In this document: one piece after another, positions 49,445 through 58,870 of the stretch | Layout of the letters: each line of letters opens with the position of its first letter | How positions within the stretch are numbered: the stretch's first letter is position 1 | Assembly: GCA_031412335.1 (NCBI GenBank) | Contig: JANOCT010000043.1 | Location: 39,720 to 103,719 of the forward strand | DNA from: a bacterium | Lineage (GTDB): Bacteria; Bacteroidota; Bacteroidia; Sphingobacteriales; Sphingobacteriaceae | Length of the DNA: 64,000 nt | Direction: 5' to 3' | Made by a program: the position numbers and the translations under genes | The notes under the pieces: generated by a model | The model's input: the letters and a program-made list of their open reading frames with translations, nothing else | Told to the model about the DNA's origin: nothing | Database searches by the model: none

Positions 49445-49690
49445 ATGATTCTCGACATATTAACCCCTGATAAAAAAATATATTCAGGAGAAATAATTTC
49501 AGTTCAGGTGCCAGGCACATCCGGATCTTTTGAGATTTTGAAAAATCACGTAGCTATTATTTCAACATTAGAAAAAGGTAAGGTGAAAGTAAAATCTAAA
49601 ACTGGAACAGAAGTTTTTTTAATTGAAGGTGGAGTAATTGAAGTGGTAAAAAATAAAGTAACACTTTTGGCCGAAGGTATAAGCAACTAA
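49445..49690 (+). CDS. atpC: F1 ATP synthase epsilon subunit (short form)
   Basis: 81 aa. Position after atpD. Beta-sandwich pattern VQVPGTSGSFEILKNH. Confidence 0.85.
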   Translation: MILDILTPDKKIYSGEIISVQVPGTSGSFEILKNHVAIISTLEKGKVKVKSKTGTEVFLIEGGVIEVVKNKVTLLAEGISN

Positions 49691-49717
49691 AATTTAAAAT
49701 GTTTTAGCCATAAAAAA

Positions 49718-49748
49718 GCCCATTTGAGTAAATCAAATGGGCTTTTTT
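49718..49748. terminator. Bidirectional rho-independent terminator between the convergent atpC and T9SS cargo genes
   Basis: gcccatttga (49718-27) / tcaaatgggc (49733-42), with an A6 run upstream and a T6 run downstream. Confidence 0.85.
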
Positions 49749-49764
49749 GGCTTATATATGTTCT

Positions 49765-50715
49765 TTATTGTTTTAATATAATGAAATTCCCTTTAGCTAA
49801 GTTGTTGCCAGTTTGTAATTGGTAATAATAAATACCGTTAGTTTTATCGCTTGTATTAATTGATATTTCTTGCATACCAGCATTACCTTCTACAAGTTTC
49901 TTTTCAACCAATTGACCTAATTTATTGTAAATAAATAACTCTACTTCAGAAGACTTTTTTAAGTTATAACTAATCTTTAACATATCTCCACTTACAGGAT
50001 TAGGAAAAATAGAAGAAGAAGTTATTATATCGTTAAAAGAGTTAATACCAGTAGTAGGTACTGAACCAAAAAATGCAAAATTATCTACAAACATGGTAAC
50101 TCCCAAAGGAGCAGAAAACAAAGTTGAAGTGTCTAATAAATTATTAAATCCTTTGGTTGTACTTACAGCTATAATTGCAGTGTCCGGAGAATCGTTAGCA
50201 GTATAAATAATAGGAATAGAAAATGAAGTATATAACGAAGCTGGACCAAACAATTTTATTCCTCCTCCTACGGGCAAAGACTGGCCAATAGTTGCATTAT
50301 ACTTAGTCAGAATTACTGTAATTAAACCAGAATCTGGAGCATTTGTAAAAGAATATTTATACGAGCCACGCAATTCTGCAGAGCGATTGGAATAAGCAAA
50401 ACCTGGTTTAAATGTTTGAGCAGTTATATTTACCGAACCAGTAAACATTGCTCCTGGAACGCCAACTGTATCTCCCGCATTTTGAGGATATGATTCAAGT
50501 TTAGCAGCAAAACTTCCAGAAAATTTATCATTGCTTTTAAAAACATTAGGTCTAGGACTACCTGCAGTTAAGATAAAGGCAAAATTTGTGCTTACATATC
50601 CTTCTGGTTCTTGATAGATAAAGTAATTAGTCCATTGCTCAAAACCAGGGTTGATTTGGGCAAAAGAATTGAAAAAACAAACAATAACACTCATCAATAG
50701 AAGGATTTTTTTCAT
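49765..50715 (-). CDS. Secreted protein with a T9SS type-A C-terminal sorting domain
   Basis: The C-terminus FPNPVSGDMLKISYNL...ELFIYNKLGQLV...NGIYYYQLQ...GNFIILKQ is Por_Secre_tail-like. The likely start is MKKILLLMSV at 50715, because the track's 50757 start reads through the upstream terminator hairpin. Confidence 0.75.
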   Translation of the reverse strand: MKKILLLMSVIVCFFNSFAQINPGFEQWTNYFIYQEPEGYVSTNFAFILTAGSPRPNVFKSNDKFSGSFAAKLESYPQNAGDTVGVPGAMFTGSVNITAQTFKPGFAYSNRSAELRGSYKYSFTNAPDSGLITVILTKYNATIGQSLPVGGGIKLFGPASLYTSFSIPIIYTANDSPDTAIIAVSTTKGFNNLLDTSTLFSAPLGVTMFVDNFAFFGSVPTTGINSFNDIITSSSIFPNPVSGDMLKISYNLKKSSEVELFIYNKLGQLVEKKLVEGNAGMQEISINTSDKTNGIYYYQLQTGNNLAKGNFIILKQ

Positions 50716-50742
50716 TAGTTTATATATTAAAAGTCTAAAGAT

Positions 50743-50776
50743 AAAAAAAGGGAACATGTTTCCATATTCCCTTTTT
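50743..50776 (-). terminator. Terminator hairpin after the 50805-51827 gene
   Basis: aaaaagggaa (50745-54) / ttcccttttt (50767-76), a perfect 10-bp inverted repeat. A T-run follows on the minus strand. Confidence 0.55.
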
Positions 50777-50804
50777 ATTATAAAATCGTAAACTAAAACA
50801 CTTG

Positions 50805-51827
50805 TTAGAAGCCTCCGAAAGAAATTCCAAATGAAACTGGAGTTAATTTAGTCGGATCGCTGTCTTGAAATAAATCGTTTAACGCATATTTTCCATAGAA
50901 CGAGAAATTCTGATAAGCAATTCTGGCTACAGCTCCATATCTAAATGCTTGCAAATTATAATCGTCTCGTTGCTTTTGTTTTCCATTTTTTTCACTTTTC
51001 TGCTTTGATTTTCCACCAAGCAAGTATCCAAATTCCATTCCGGCTGCAATTCTAAAACCTTCTTTACCCTTTTTGGTCGAGTTTGCTTGAAATTGCAACA
51101 TCAATGGAACTTCTAGATAAGTTGCGGTCAATTTATTTTTCGAAAGATTTACATTCTGGTCAATGGTATACGAAAAAACGCTGGTGTCCTTTTTTGGTGT
51201 AATGTCTTTTTCAAATCGATAGTTGTACCATGATATACCTAAACCTGGAATGAAATTTACTCTTTTATTAATTATATTAATTTTTTTATGATAAATTAAC
51301 GCAACATGTGATGATTTGCCAGGTCGCAATTCCAGATCATTGTTTTTTAAATCGAAACTGCCATTATCTAAATATGAGGTAAATCCTAAGTCTAGTCCAA
51401 AATAACTTTTCTCATACTTATCACTTTTCTTTCCGATAGAAATTGAGTTTTTGCCATCCGATGTTGTATCCTCGTCGGTATAAATTTTATCGACTTTAGA
51501 ATCTCCAATTACTACAATCCGCGTTTTGCCTATTTTAATTTCAGTTGTATCATTCTTTCGAATAATAGTTGTATCATCTGAATTCGTGGTATCTGCTTTC
51601 CAGTCGGTATAAGTATCGTCAATTTTAATAATTTTTTCAGAACCAGCTTTCTTTATGTTAATGACTGGTGTTTGAAATGTTTTGATCATTTTAACTTCTG
51701 AATTCTTTTTATCACTTGATTTGAATTTAACCGTTTGAGCATAACTTTGCATGCTAGTCAAACCTAAAATGATTATGATTACAATTTTTCGCATTACTTT
51801 TTCCGTTTTAATTAATAGTGGTTTCAT
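50805..51827 (-). CDS. Outer-membrane beta-barrel protein (porin-like), function unknown
   Basis: Signal peptide (probable start MRKIVIII at 51794). The C-terminal half has alternating aromatic beta-strand patterns and ends with a terminal F. Confidence 0.5.
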   Translation of the reverse strand: MKPLLIKTEKVMRKIVIIIILGLTSMQSYAQTVKFKSSDKKNSEVKMIKTFQTPVINIKKAGSEKIIKIDDTYTDWKADTTNSDDTTIIRKNDTTEIKIGKTRIVVIGDSKVDKIYTDEDTTSDGKNSISIGKKSDKYEKSYFGLDLGFTSYLDNGSFDLKNNDLELRPGKSSHVALIYHKKINIINKRVNFIPGLGISWYNYRFEKDITPKKDTSVFSYTIDQNVNLSKNKLTATYLEVPLMLQFQANSTKKGKEGFRIAAGMEFGYLLGGKSKQKSEKNGKQKQRDDYNLQAFRYGAVARIAYQNFSFYGKYALNDLFQDSDPTKLTPVSFGISFGGF

Positions 51828-51862
51828 AATTTATATCCTTTTTTTTTAATTTATTTTATTAT

Positions 51863-52708
51863 TTAGTTTCTTGATTTTTTTACTTTGAATAGTCCTAAAT
51901 CTAATTGGTAGGAATATCCTTCATTTTGCCCGGCATTTTTATTTATGCTAAAGAATTTTTCTTCCCGTTTGTCTAATTTGCCAGCCACATAGTTTGCTGC
52001 ATCTGCAAAATTTAATATGCTTGTTTTAGTGCCTTCATTATCTTTGTTTAAGTAAGATTTACTATTTGCATTTTGCTTTGCTATCGCAATATTTTTAGGT
52101 AATTCAACTGGATTTAATTCATTTTTATCAGGAACTGTATCAATTTGGTTTTGTACTATTTGGACATTTTCCTGATTACTTTTATCTACATTTATAATTA
52201 TCTCTGGAACTTCTTTGTCTAAAATCGGTACATATTTTTCGGCAATTAGAGGTACATCATTTACATTAATCTCTTTTACGTTATTCTCTTTTTTATCACT
52301 TTTACCTTTGTTTCTAGCTAATTTATTATCAGCAATAGTTGAATTATTTTTTAAAGATTTCTCTATATCATTATTTAAATCATTTAATTCAACTTTTTTT
52401 ACTTCCTTACCATTAGCTATCGAATCATTTGATATGATAGTTCCCTTTTTATTCTTGTCAATAGATTCTTTTTTGGCGGCTAATTCAGTTTTTAATTTTT
52501 GGTTTCCAATAAAATAATAACCTGCAAATAGCATTAGCAAAATAGAAGCTGCTGCTGCATATCTGAAAAAGTAAACTGTTCTTTTTGCACGTCGATTAGT
52601 AGTTATTTTCTCTTCAATAGCCACCCACGAATTATTCATTGGCTCTATCTCAAAATCTTGAAACGAATTTTTAAATAGTTCGTCTACTTTATTTGGTTGA
52701 TCTTTCAT
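51863..52708 (-). CDS. Single-pass membrane protein, probable anti-sigma factor
   Basis: One TM segment (AAAASILLMLFAGYYFIG). Overlaps the ECF sigma gene by 20 nt. Lys/Asn-rich extracytoplasmic part. Confidence 0.4.
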   Translation of the reverse strand: MKDQPNKVDELFKNSFQDFEIEPMNNSWVAIEEKITTNRRAKRTVYFFRYAAAASILLMLFAGYYFIGNQKLKTELAAKKESIDKNKKGTIISNDSIANGKEVKKVELNDLNNDIEKSLKNNSTIADNKLARNKGKSDKKENNVKEINVNDVPLIAEKYVPILDKEVPEIIINVDKSNQENVQIVQNQIDTVPDKNELNPVELPKNIAIAKQNANSKSYLNKDNEGTKTSILNFADAANYVAGKLDKREEKFFSINKNAGQNEGYSYQLDLGLFKVKKSRN

Positions 52709-53258
52709 TTGATATTCCCTCCATTTGTAATACTTGTTCTTTTAAAATTCCTCTAGCTCTTGCTAGTTGTGATTTAGATGTTCCTTCACTTATTGCCAAT
52801 TCTTTTGCAATTTCTTTATGCGAATACCCTTCAATTGCATACATGTTAAAAACAATTCGGTAACCTGGCGATAATTTCTGAATTAGATTTAATAATTCCT
52901 GAGTATTCAATCGGCTATCTGCCATTTCCCATCCTTTTACATTATCTTCAAATTCGTCGCTAGCAACTACAGGCAACATTCTTAGTTTCTTTCTATAAAA
53001 TCCAATTGAGGTGGTAACCATAATTCTTTTTAACCATCCTTCAAAAGAACCTTCACCTCTAAAATCTTGAATTTTCTCAAACATTCTAACAAAAGCAACC
53101 TGCATCATATCTTCTGCTTCCGATCTGTCAGTTGCGTATCTGGCGCAAATTCCTAACATCTTACCGGCAAACATGCTGTATAACATTTCCTGCGAACGAT
53201 TTTTACCAGCTTTGCAGCCTTGTATAATTTCTTCAAGTATGTTTTTGTTAGATGTCAT
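52689..53258 (-). CDS. ECF-type RNA polymerase sigma-70 family factor
   Basis: Region 2 (SEAEDMMQVAFVRMF) and region 4 (SPGYRIVFNMYAIEGYSHKEIAKELAISEGTSKSQLARAR). The likely start is MTSNKN; the track ORF extends to 53306. Confidence 0.85.
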   Translation of the reverse strand: MTSNKNILEEIIQGCKAGKNRSQEMLYSMFAGKMLGICARYATDRSEAEDMMQVAFVRMFEKIQDFRGEGSFEGWLKRIMVTTSIGFYRKKLRMLPVVASDEFEDNVKGWEMADSRLNTQELLNLIQKLSPGYRIVFNMYAIEGYSHKEIAKELAISEGTSKSQLARARGILKEQVLQMEGISNERSTK

Positions 53259-53395
53259 TTGAGCGTTTCTATTTACAAGAAGCCTGGCAACACAAAATGG
53301 TTGCATGGCATTGAAAAAAAAAATTATTCAGCAATTGTGTTAATAAACCTAATTTAACAAGGAAATGGAAAATTTAAAAAAGGAAAAATTCCAAT

Positions 53396-54526
53396 CTAAC
53401 GGATTTTACGAATGAAAAAATCTTCATTGAAAATTAGAAAAAGGCTATTGGAAAACTGGAACTGATCTTTTGTTTTAAAATCAATATAGGGTTCGAAACG
53501 GGAACTTAAAACAAGATTTTTACTTAAATTAATATTTCCTATTAATCGAAAAATAATCAATTCTCTATTTTTTTGAGAATATCCAACATTATTAAACTGT
53601 TCTGAAACCGATTCATAAACTGGTGCACCTACAATACTTTCGAATCCAGATCCTTTAAAATAGGTAGTGTGAAAATCAAAATAATTTGTTCTGATCATCC
53701 CATTAAAGGAATATCCATACCCGGATTCAAAAATCTGATAGTTGGCTGGAGAAAATAATTTTTGATTTAAAAAATATCCTGATAATTGAACTTGCTTCAC
53801 AAATCCTTTTGTAGTGAACGTAAACTCAGAACCAACTGCTGTGTTTAACCTCGTTTGAATTGGAGCAGATAAGGTATCAATCTGCCCACCTTTATGAAAT
53901 GCAATTGCCTGTACAGGAAACTCCAATCTAATATTATTGAATTGAAAAGGTTTTATCCGACCTGAAAGCCCACCTGTAATTTCTTCCTGTTCGCTAGCTG
54001 GTTTATAAATCATCTTTTCCCAATTTACCCATAAATCAGAGTAAAAATATTTTTTGTTTACAATTAACTGAGTTCCGTATTCAAGCGGATCGAATATTTT
54101 TCGATCCTGATCATACAATACTTCCAAATAATTATGATCTGTTGTTCCTTGCAAAACTCCATTAATTAACTTCAGACTTTTCTTTTCGTAAATTATTGAA
54201 AAAACAGGTAGAACTTCATTAATTCCATCAAACCCGAAATCTTTTCGAATTAATATTCCAGCATTTATGGCAACATTTTCATTTGAATAAAAAGTAAGAG
54301 AAGGAATATTTTGTGTACCAAACCAAGTTAAACCATCAGCAAATTTGTTGAAGTATTCATAATTACGCTGATAATTATAACTATAAATGGATAATTCAAG
54401 CGTTCGACTTTTTGCAGAATCTGGAGTGATTTTATCGGAAAATGCAGAATTATCAATTTGCGCAAAAGACTTTAAACCAAAAAAAGAAAATAAAATAAAA
54501 ATGATACTAGCGTACTTTTTTTTCAT
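53396..54526 (-). CDS. Secreted, probably outer-membrane, protein of unknown function
   Basis: 376 aa with a signal peptide (FFGLKSFAQ), aromatic-rich. Its ATG overlaps the hemJ stop (ATGA). Confidence 0.45.
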   Translation of the reverse strand: MKKKYASIIFILFSFFGLKSFAQIDNSAFSDKITPDSAKSRTLELSIYSYNYQRNYEYFNKFADGLTWFGTQNIPSLTFYSNENVAINAGILIRKDFGFDGINEVLPVFSIIYEKKSLKLINGVLQGTTDHNYLEVLYDQDRKIFDPLEYGTQLIVNKKYFYSDLWVNWEKMIYKPASEQEEITGGLSGRIKPFQFNNIRLEFPVQAIAFHKGGQIDTLSAPIQTRLNTAVGSEFTFTTKGFVKQVQLSGYFLNQKLFSPANYQIFESGYGYSFNGMIRTNYFDFHTTYFKGSGFESIVGAPVYESVSEQFNNVGYSQKNRELIIFRLIGNINLSKNLVLSSRFEPYIDFKTKDQFQFSNSLFLIFNEDFFIRKIR

Positions 54527-55071
54527 TCTCCTTTTTTTAATCTAATTAATTTATAAATCCTTATGCCCAACATTAACAACAAACCTAAGGTAATTAAACC
54601 TAAAACTCCATAAACCCAACTAACAGCAGTTTTCAAAACAACTAAAAACACGATTGCAACTAAAAATAAAGTTGCCAATTCATTCCAAATCCTAAAAAAA
54701 GTTGAATTACGTTTGTTTATGTCATGTTTAAACTGCTTGATAAAATAAGTGCAGACAAAATGATAAGCGACTAATAAAAATACGAAACCCAATTTAACGT
54801 GCATCCATGGCTGTTGCAACCAATATGGTGCAAGATATAACATCCAAAAACCTGTGATCAATGTTAAAACCATCGCAGGATTTCCAATAATTGACCATAA
54901 TCGGTTTTCCATTATTTTATATTGCGCACTTAAAATACGCTGATCTGGTTCTGCTTTTTGCATTGCTTCTGTATGGTAAACAAAAAGGCGTACAATGTAA
55001 AATAAAGCAGCAAACCAGCTTACTAAAAATACTAAATGAACGGATTTTATGATGGAATACAGATCGGACAT
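54523..55071 (-). CDS. hemJ: HemJ-type protoporphyrinogen IX oxidase
   Basis: 182-aa protein with 4-5 TM segments. The N-terminus IKSVHLVFLVSWFAALFYIVRLFVYH matches the HemJ (UPF0093) signature. It sits in a haem-gene neighbourhood. Confidence 0.75.
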   Translation of the reverse strand: MSDLYSIIKSVHLVFLVSWFAALFYIVRLFVYHTEAMQKAEPDQRILSAQYKIMENRLWSIIGNPAMVLTLITGFWMLYLAPYWLQQPWMHVKLGFVFLLVAYHFVCTYFIKQFKHDINKRNSTFFRIWNELATLFLVAIVFLVVLKTAVSWVYGVLGLITLGLLLMLGIRIYKLIRLKKGE

Positions 55072-55100
55072 GAATCCTGTTTAGCTTTACTATTATGTAT

Positions 55101-56033
55101 TTATTTATTTCCTCTTAAACTTTCAACCACCTGTTTTACAGCCATTTCATTCGTAGTTGGTGTGAAATTAAAATGCTTATTAAATTTAGAACTATCGAAA
55201 AAATAATCCCGATCATATTGATAAAGCATTTCATGAGTTTCACGCAAAATAGGAATAAATAAACCTAAGATTTTTATTCCCCAAGCCGGAAGCGTAGTAA
55301 AACTGTTATCTGCTTTCATTTCTTTAGCAAATAACTGAATCCATTGTTCACCCGTAATTTTTTCACCAGAAGTAGGCAAATTCCATATTTGGCTATATGC
55401 ATCTTCTGTATTACCCAGCATGGCAAACCCTTTTGCCATATCAGGTGTGTAGCCACAATTATGAATTACTTTAGCATTACAAAACCATTGTGCCTTTTTA
55501 CCTTTTTCCAAATTATTATAAATCAAATTCATAATAATGCTGGTTCTGCCCAAATCGCTAAAAAAGTCTGCAGATCTGGCAATTATAGCTTTTAAACCTT
55601 TTTTATCTATTGCGTCCAGAATTAATCGATCTACTTCTGCACGTGTTTCTCCTTTTTTACTGCATGCACTTACTGGCGAACTTTCTGTAATATGTTTCAC
55701 ATTATCTCCACCAATGGCATATACATTATCAAAAAAAACTAGCTTAACATTAAATTTAAGGCAGGCATCAATAACATTTTTAATAAAAACTGGCCATAGC
55801 TCTTTCCATATTTTAGTAACATACGGAAAACCAACTACCACATAAACGATTTCACTTCCTTCAATTACCCTGAAAACTTCATCCCTAATTGTTAAATCAG
55901 CAGAAACCAACTCATCGGTTAAATTTACTTTTTGAGGGTTTCTACTTACTAATCTGATTTTATCGGTGTAGGATGGTAATGCCTTAGCAAGTTCAACCCC
56001 TATTGCACCGCCAGCTCCGAGTATTGTTTGCAT
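55101..56033 (-). CDS. NAD(P)-binding SDR/epimerase-family protein
   Basis: N-terminal Rossmann motif ILGAGGAIG; 310 aa. Confidence 0.7.
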   Translation of the reverse strand: MQTILGAGGAIGVELAKALPSYTDKIRLVSRNPQKVNLTDELVSADLTIRDEVFRVIEGSEIVYVVVGFPYVTKIWKELWPVFIKNVIDACLKFNVKLVFFDNVYAIGGDNVKHITESSPVSACSKKGETRAEVDRLILDAIDKKGLKAIIARSADFFSDLGRTSIIMNLIYNNLEKGKKAQWFCNAKVIHNCGYTPDMAKGFAMLGNTEDAYSQIWNLPTSGEKITGEQWIQLFAKEMKADNSFTTLPAWGIKILGLFIPILRETHEMLYQYDRDYFFDSSKFNKHFNFTPTTNEMAVKQVVESLRGNK

Positions 56034-56229
56034 TGTACAATTGATTAAAAATTTAAAGTATGCAAAATTTAAATTATTTTCCTAACTCGATAGTTGAATG
56101 TGAAATTATAAAATGATTTGAAGGTCCTGATCTCGAATTTATTAGGTTTTCTATTTTTATTTCATTTATTACCAGCTTTTCAATTTCTCTCAAATCAACA
56201 TTATTATAATTTTCTATTCGAATCTCTAA

Positions 56230-56955
56230 TTATTTTATAATCCTATATGCGAAAGTTAATGAAGCTCCAAAATTTGATAATCCAGAAATTCCAAAATTAT
56301 TCGATGTATTATCATTAGAATTTGTATTAATTATATTTGACGTATTATTAGAATTTTTTGATTCTGACTTTGACTTTGAATAACCATAATAAATGTTTGG
56401 AGCCAACTCCGCATAAATTAAAAACGCTGGACTAACGTTATAATAACCACCCAAATTTATACCAATGTTTGGGGATAAATTTTGATTTTCGCTTTTACTA
56501 AAATTAGTACTATTATATCCTGGATTACTTATACCAATAAATGTATTTGTTACTTCATTTTTTGAATAAGAATAATCAAATCCCAAAGAATATCCAAAAA
56601 ACAAACCAAATTTATCAGTAACCTTTTTTAGATTTAATATACTAAACTCTCCTCCTACATTAAAACTTACAGGAATTTTACTCTCAGTATTTGACAATGT
56701 TGTATTACTGGGTATAGAATCCTGACTTACAGTTTGACTACCCTTTGCTTCATCATTTGTAGACTGCCCACTAATTGTGCCTGTCATACGATAAATTCTA
56801 TTTTCATTTCCCCATCTATGTTGTAAAGAGAAACTATTTAGACTGTTAAGACCTACTCCATATTCCAAAATTTTAGCAGGTTCATTTTGAGCAAAAGCTG
56901 ATGCATAATTAAATAAAAGTGCCAGTGCAATAATCTTGATTGATTTTATTTTCAT
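56230..56955 (-). CDS. Small outer-membrane beta-barrel protein, function unknown
   Basis: Signal peptide (ASAFAQ), Asn/Ser/Gly/Tyr-rich alternating strands, C-terminal aromatic pattern. Confidence 0.45.
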   Translation of the reverse strand: MKIKSIKIIALALLFNYASAFAQNEPAKILEYGVGLNSLNSFSLQHRWGNENRIYRMTGTISGQSTNDEAKGSQTVSQDSIPSNTTLSNTESKIPVSFNVGGEFSILNLKKVTDKFGLFFGYSLGFDYSYSKNEVTNTFIGISNPGYNSTNFSKSENQNLSPNIGINLGGYYNVSPAFLIYAELAPNIYYGYSKSKSESKNSNNTSNIINTNSNDNTSNNFGISGLSNFGASLTFAYRIIK

Positions 56956-57131
56956 GATTTTGTGTTTTTCTGTTTAAGGATGTTTAGGTTTTTTATATTC
57001 AAGTAAAATAGAACGGTGAAAGATAATTAAAAAGTGTAATCGATACTGACAAAAAATATGTTATTTCAATTACACATTTCTTTCAAAACAATACTCTTAC
57101 ATTTTATAAAATCAAAAAGAAAATAAATTTT

Positions 57132-58157
57132 CTAATACTCAAACTCTCTTACAACCTCAAAAGCATACTGAACATTTTCAAACGGAATATCAGGCATAAT
57201 GCCATGACCAAGGTTGAAAATAAATCCATTCTCTCCACGCATATCTTCAAAAAGTTTATGAATTCTTTTTTTGATTACTGCTTTATCTGCATATAAAATA
57301 TGTGGGTCCAGATTACCTTGCACCGCTATATTTTCAGGTAACGATTTTTTAATGGTTAATAAATCAGCATTCCAATCAACAGAAATTACATCAGGTTTTG
57401 AATCAGCCATTAAAGGTGCAAAAACTGAACTTCCCTTACAAAAGGATATAACGGGTACATTATTTCTGGTTAATCTACTAATTATTTGCACATTATATTG
57501 ATGAGAAAACTCTTTATAATCATCCCAACTTAAAGCTAATGCCCAACTATCAAATAATTGAACAGCATCAACACCAGCAGCAATTTGCATATTTAAATAA
57601 TCAACAGTTACATCAGCAATTTTTTGCAATAAAATATGTGCTAATGCTGGTTGGTTATGAATAAAAAGTTTTGTCAATTTAAAATCTTTTGATGATTTAC
57701 CTTCTACTAAATAACTCATTACTGTAAATGGAGCACCAGCAAAACCTATTAATGGTAATTTATTATTTAGTTCAATTTTCACCATTTTAATCATGTCTTT
57801 AACATAAGCTAAAGATATTTCTACATCAGGTATAATTAATTTCTCTATATCTTGCTTATTTCGAACTGGATTTGCAAACACTGGGCCGACACCATTAGTA
57901 AATGTAAGTTGCCCTCCCATTGCTTCTGCAGTAACTAAAATATCTGAAAACATAATCGCTGCATCAGTCATTAATAGGTTAACCGGCAAAAGAGTAACTT
58001 CAGTAGCTAACTCAGGTGTTTTGCACATTTCCATAAAAGAATAACGGTTTTTAATATCCCAGTATTCTTTCATAAATCTTCCTGCTTGGCGCATCATCCA
58101 CACTGGAGGACGAGGAGTAGGTTTGCCAAAAGCTGCATCTAAAAATATATGACTCAT
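57132..58157 (-). CDS. hemE: Uroporphyrinogen decarboxylase
   Basis: PPVWMMRQAGR signature; 341 aa. Confidence 0.95.
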   Translation of the reverse strand: MSHIFLDAAFGKPTPRPPVWMMRQAGRFMKEYWDIKNRYSFMEMCKTPELATEVTLLPVNLLMTDAAIMFSDILVTAEAMGGQLTFTNGVGPVFANPVRNKQDIEKLIIPDVEISLAYVKDMIKMVKIELNNKLPLIGFAGAPFTVMSYLVEGKSSKDFKLTKLFIHNQPALAHILLQKIADVTVDYLNMQIAAGVDAVQLFDSWALALSWDDYKEFSHQYNVQIISRLTRNNVPVISFCKGSSVFAPLMADSKPDVISVDWNADLLTIKKSLPENIAVQGNLDPHILYADKAVIKKRIHKLFEDMRGENGFIFNLGHGIMPDIPFENVQYAFEVVREFEY

Positions 58158-58177
58158 TTAATTAATTTAGTAAATAT

Positions 58178-58870
58178 TTACTCTGTGAATTTATAACCCA
58201 CACCACGAATGGAATGGAAATGTTGTGGTACTTTTGGATCTATTTCAAAGTATTTCCTAAATACCAATATAAAATTATCTATGGTTCTAGTTGAAGGATA
58301 TACATCATAATTCCAAACCGTTTCTAAAATTTGTTCTCGAGATACTACATTATTCTTTCGCTCAATTAATAATTTGAGTAACATAGTTTCCTTTTTCGTA
58401 AGACTAAATTCATTATTGGAAGCATCTGTAAATTGAAAATTATCGAAATTTATGTTTTTATCATTTATCTTATAGGTAGATATTAAAGACATTGTTGACG
58501 ATGATAAGCTTCTTTTTACCAAGATTCCAACCCTTAGAATTAATTCTTCCAGATTAAAAGGCTTAACCAAATAATCATCTGCCCCTTTTTTAAGACCCAT
58601 TACTCGATCTTCAGTTGAATTTTTAGCTGTAAGAAATAAAATAGGAACTTGAGAATTTTCAAGTCGTATTGTTTCACAAACTTGAAAACCGTCCATCTCT
58701 GGGAGCATTACATCTAAAATAATTAAATTGAATCGCTCTTCTTTAAAGGATTTTAGAGCTTTTTTTCCATCTGTTGCTACAGAAACATGATATCCCTCTA
58801 ACTCTAAATTTAATTTAATTGCTTCGAGTAAATGTTCTTCATCTTCTACCAATAATATTCGAGAGATCAT
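58178..58870 (-). CDS. Response regulator, OmpR/PhoB family
   Basis: Receiver (ILLVEDE, IILDVMLPEMDG, K in DDYLVKPF) and a winged-helix C-terminus (IRGVGYKF). Confidence 0.9.
   Translation of the reverse strand: MISRILLVEDEEHLLEAIKLNLELEGYHVSVATDGKKALKSFKEERFNLIILDVMLPEMDGFQVCETIRLENSQVPILFLTAKNSTEDRVMGLKKGADDYLVKPFNLEELILRVGILVKRSLSSSTMSLISTYKINDKNINFDNFQFTDASNNEFSLTKKETMLLKLLIERKNNVVSREQILETVWNYDVYPSTRTIDNFILVFRKYFEIDPKVPQHFHSIRGVGYKFTE

Noticed and set aside
50716-50757. 14-codon N-terminal extension (MFPFFIFRLLIYKL) on the T9SS type-A cargo ORF
   Set aside because: It overlaps the terminator hairpin of the upstream gene. The downstream MKKILLLMSVIVCFFNSFAQ is a canonical signal peptide starting at 50715.
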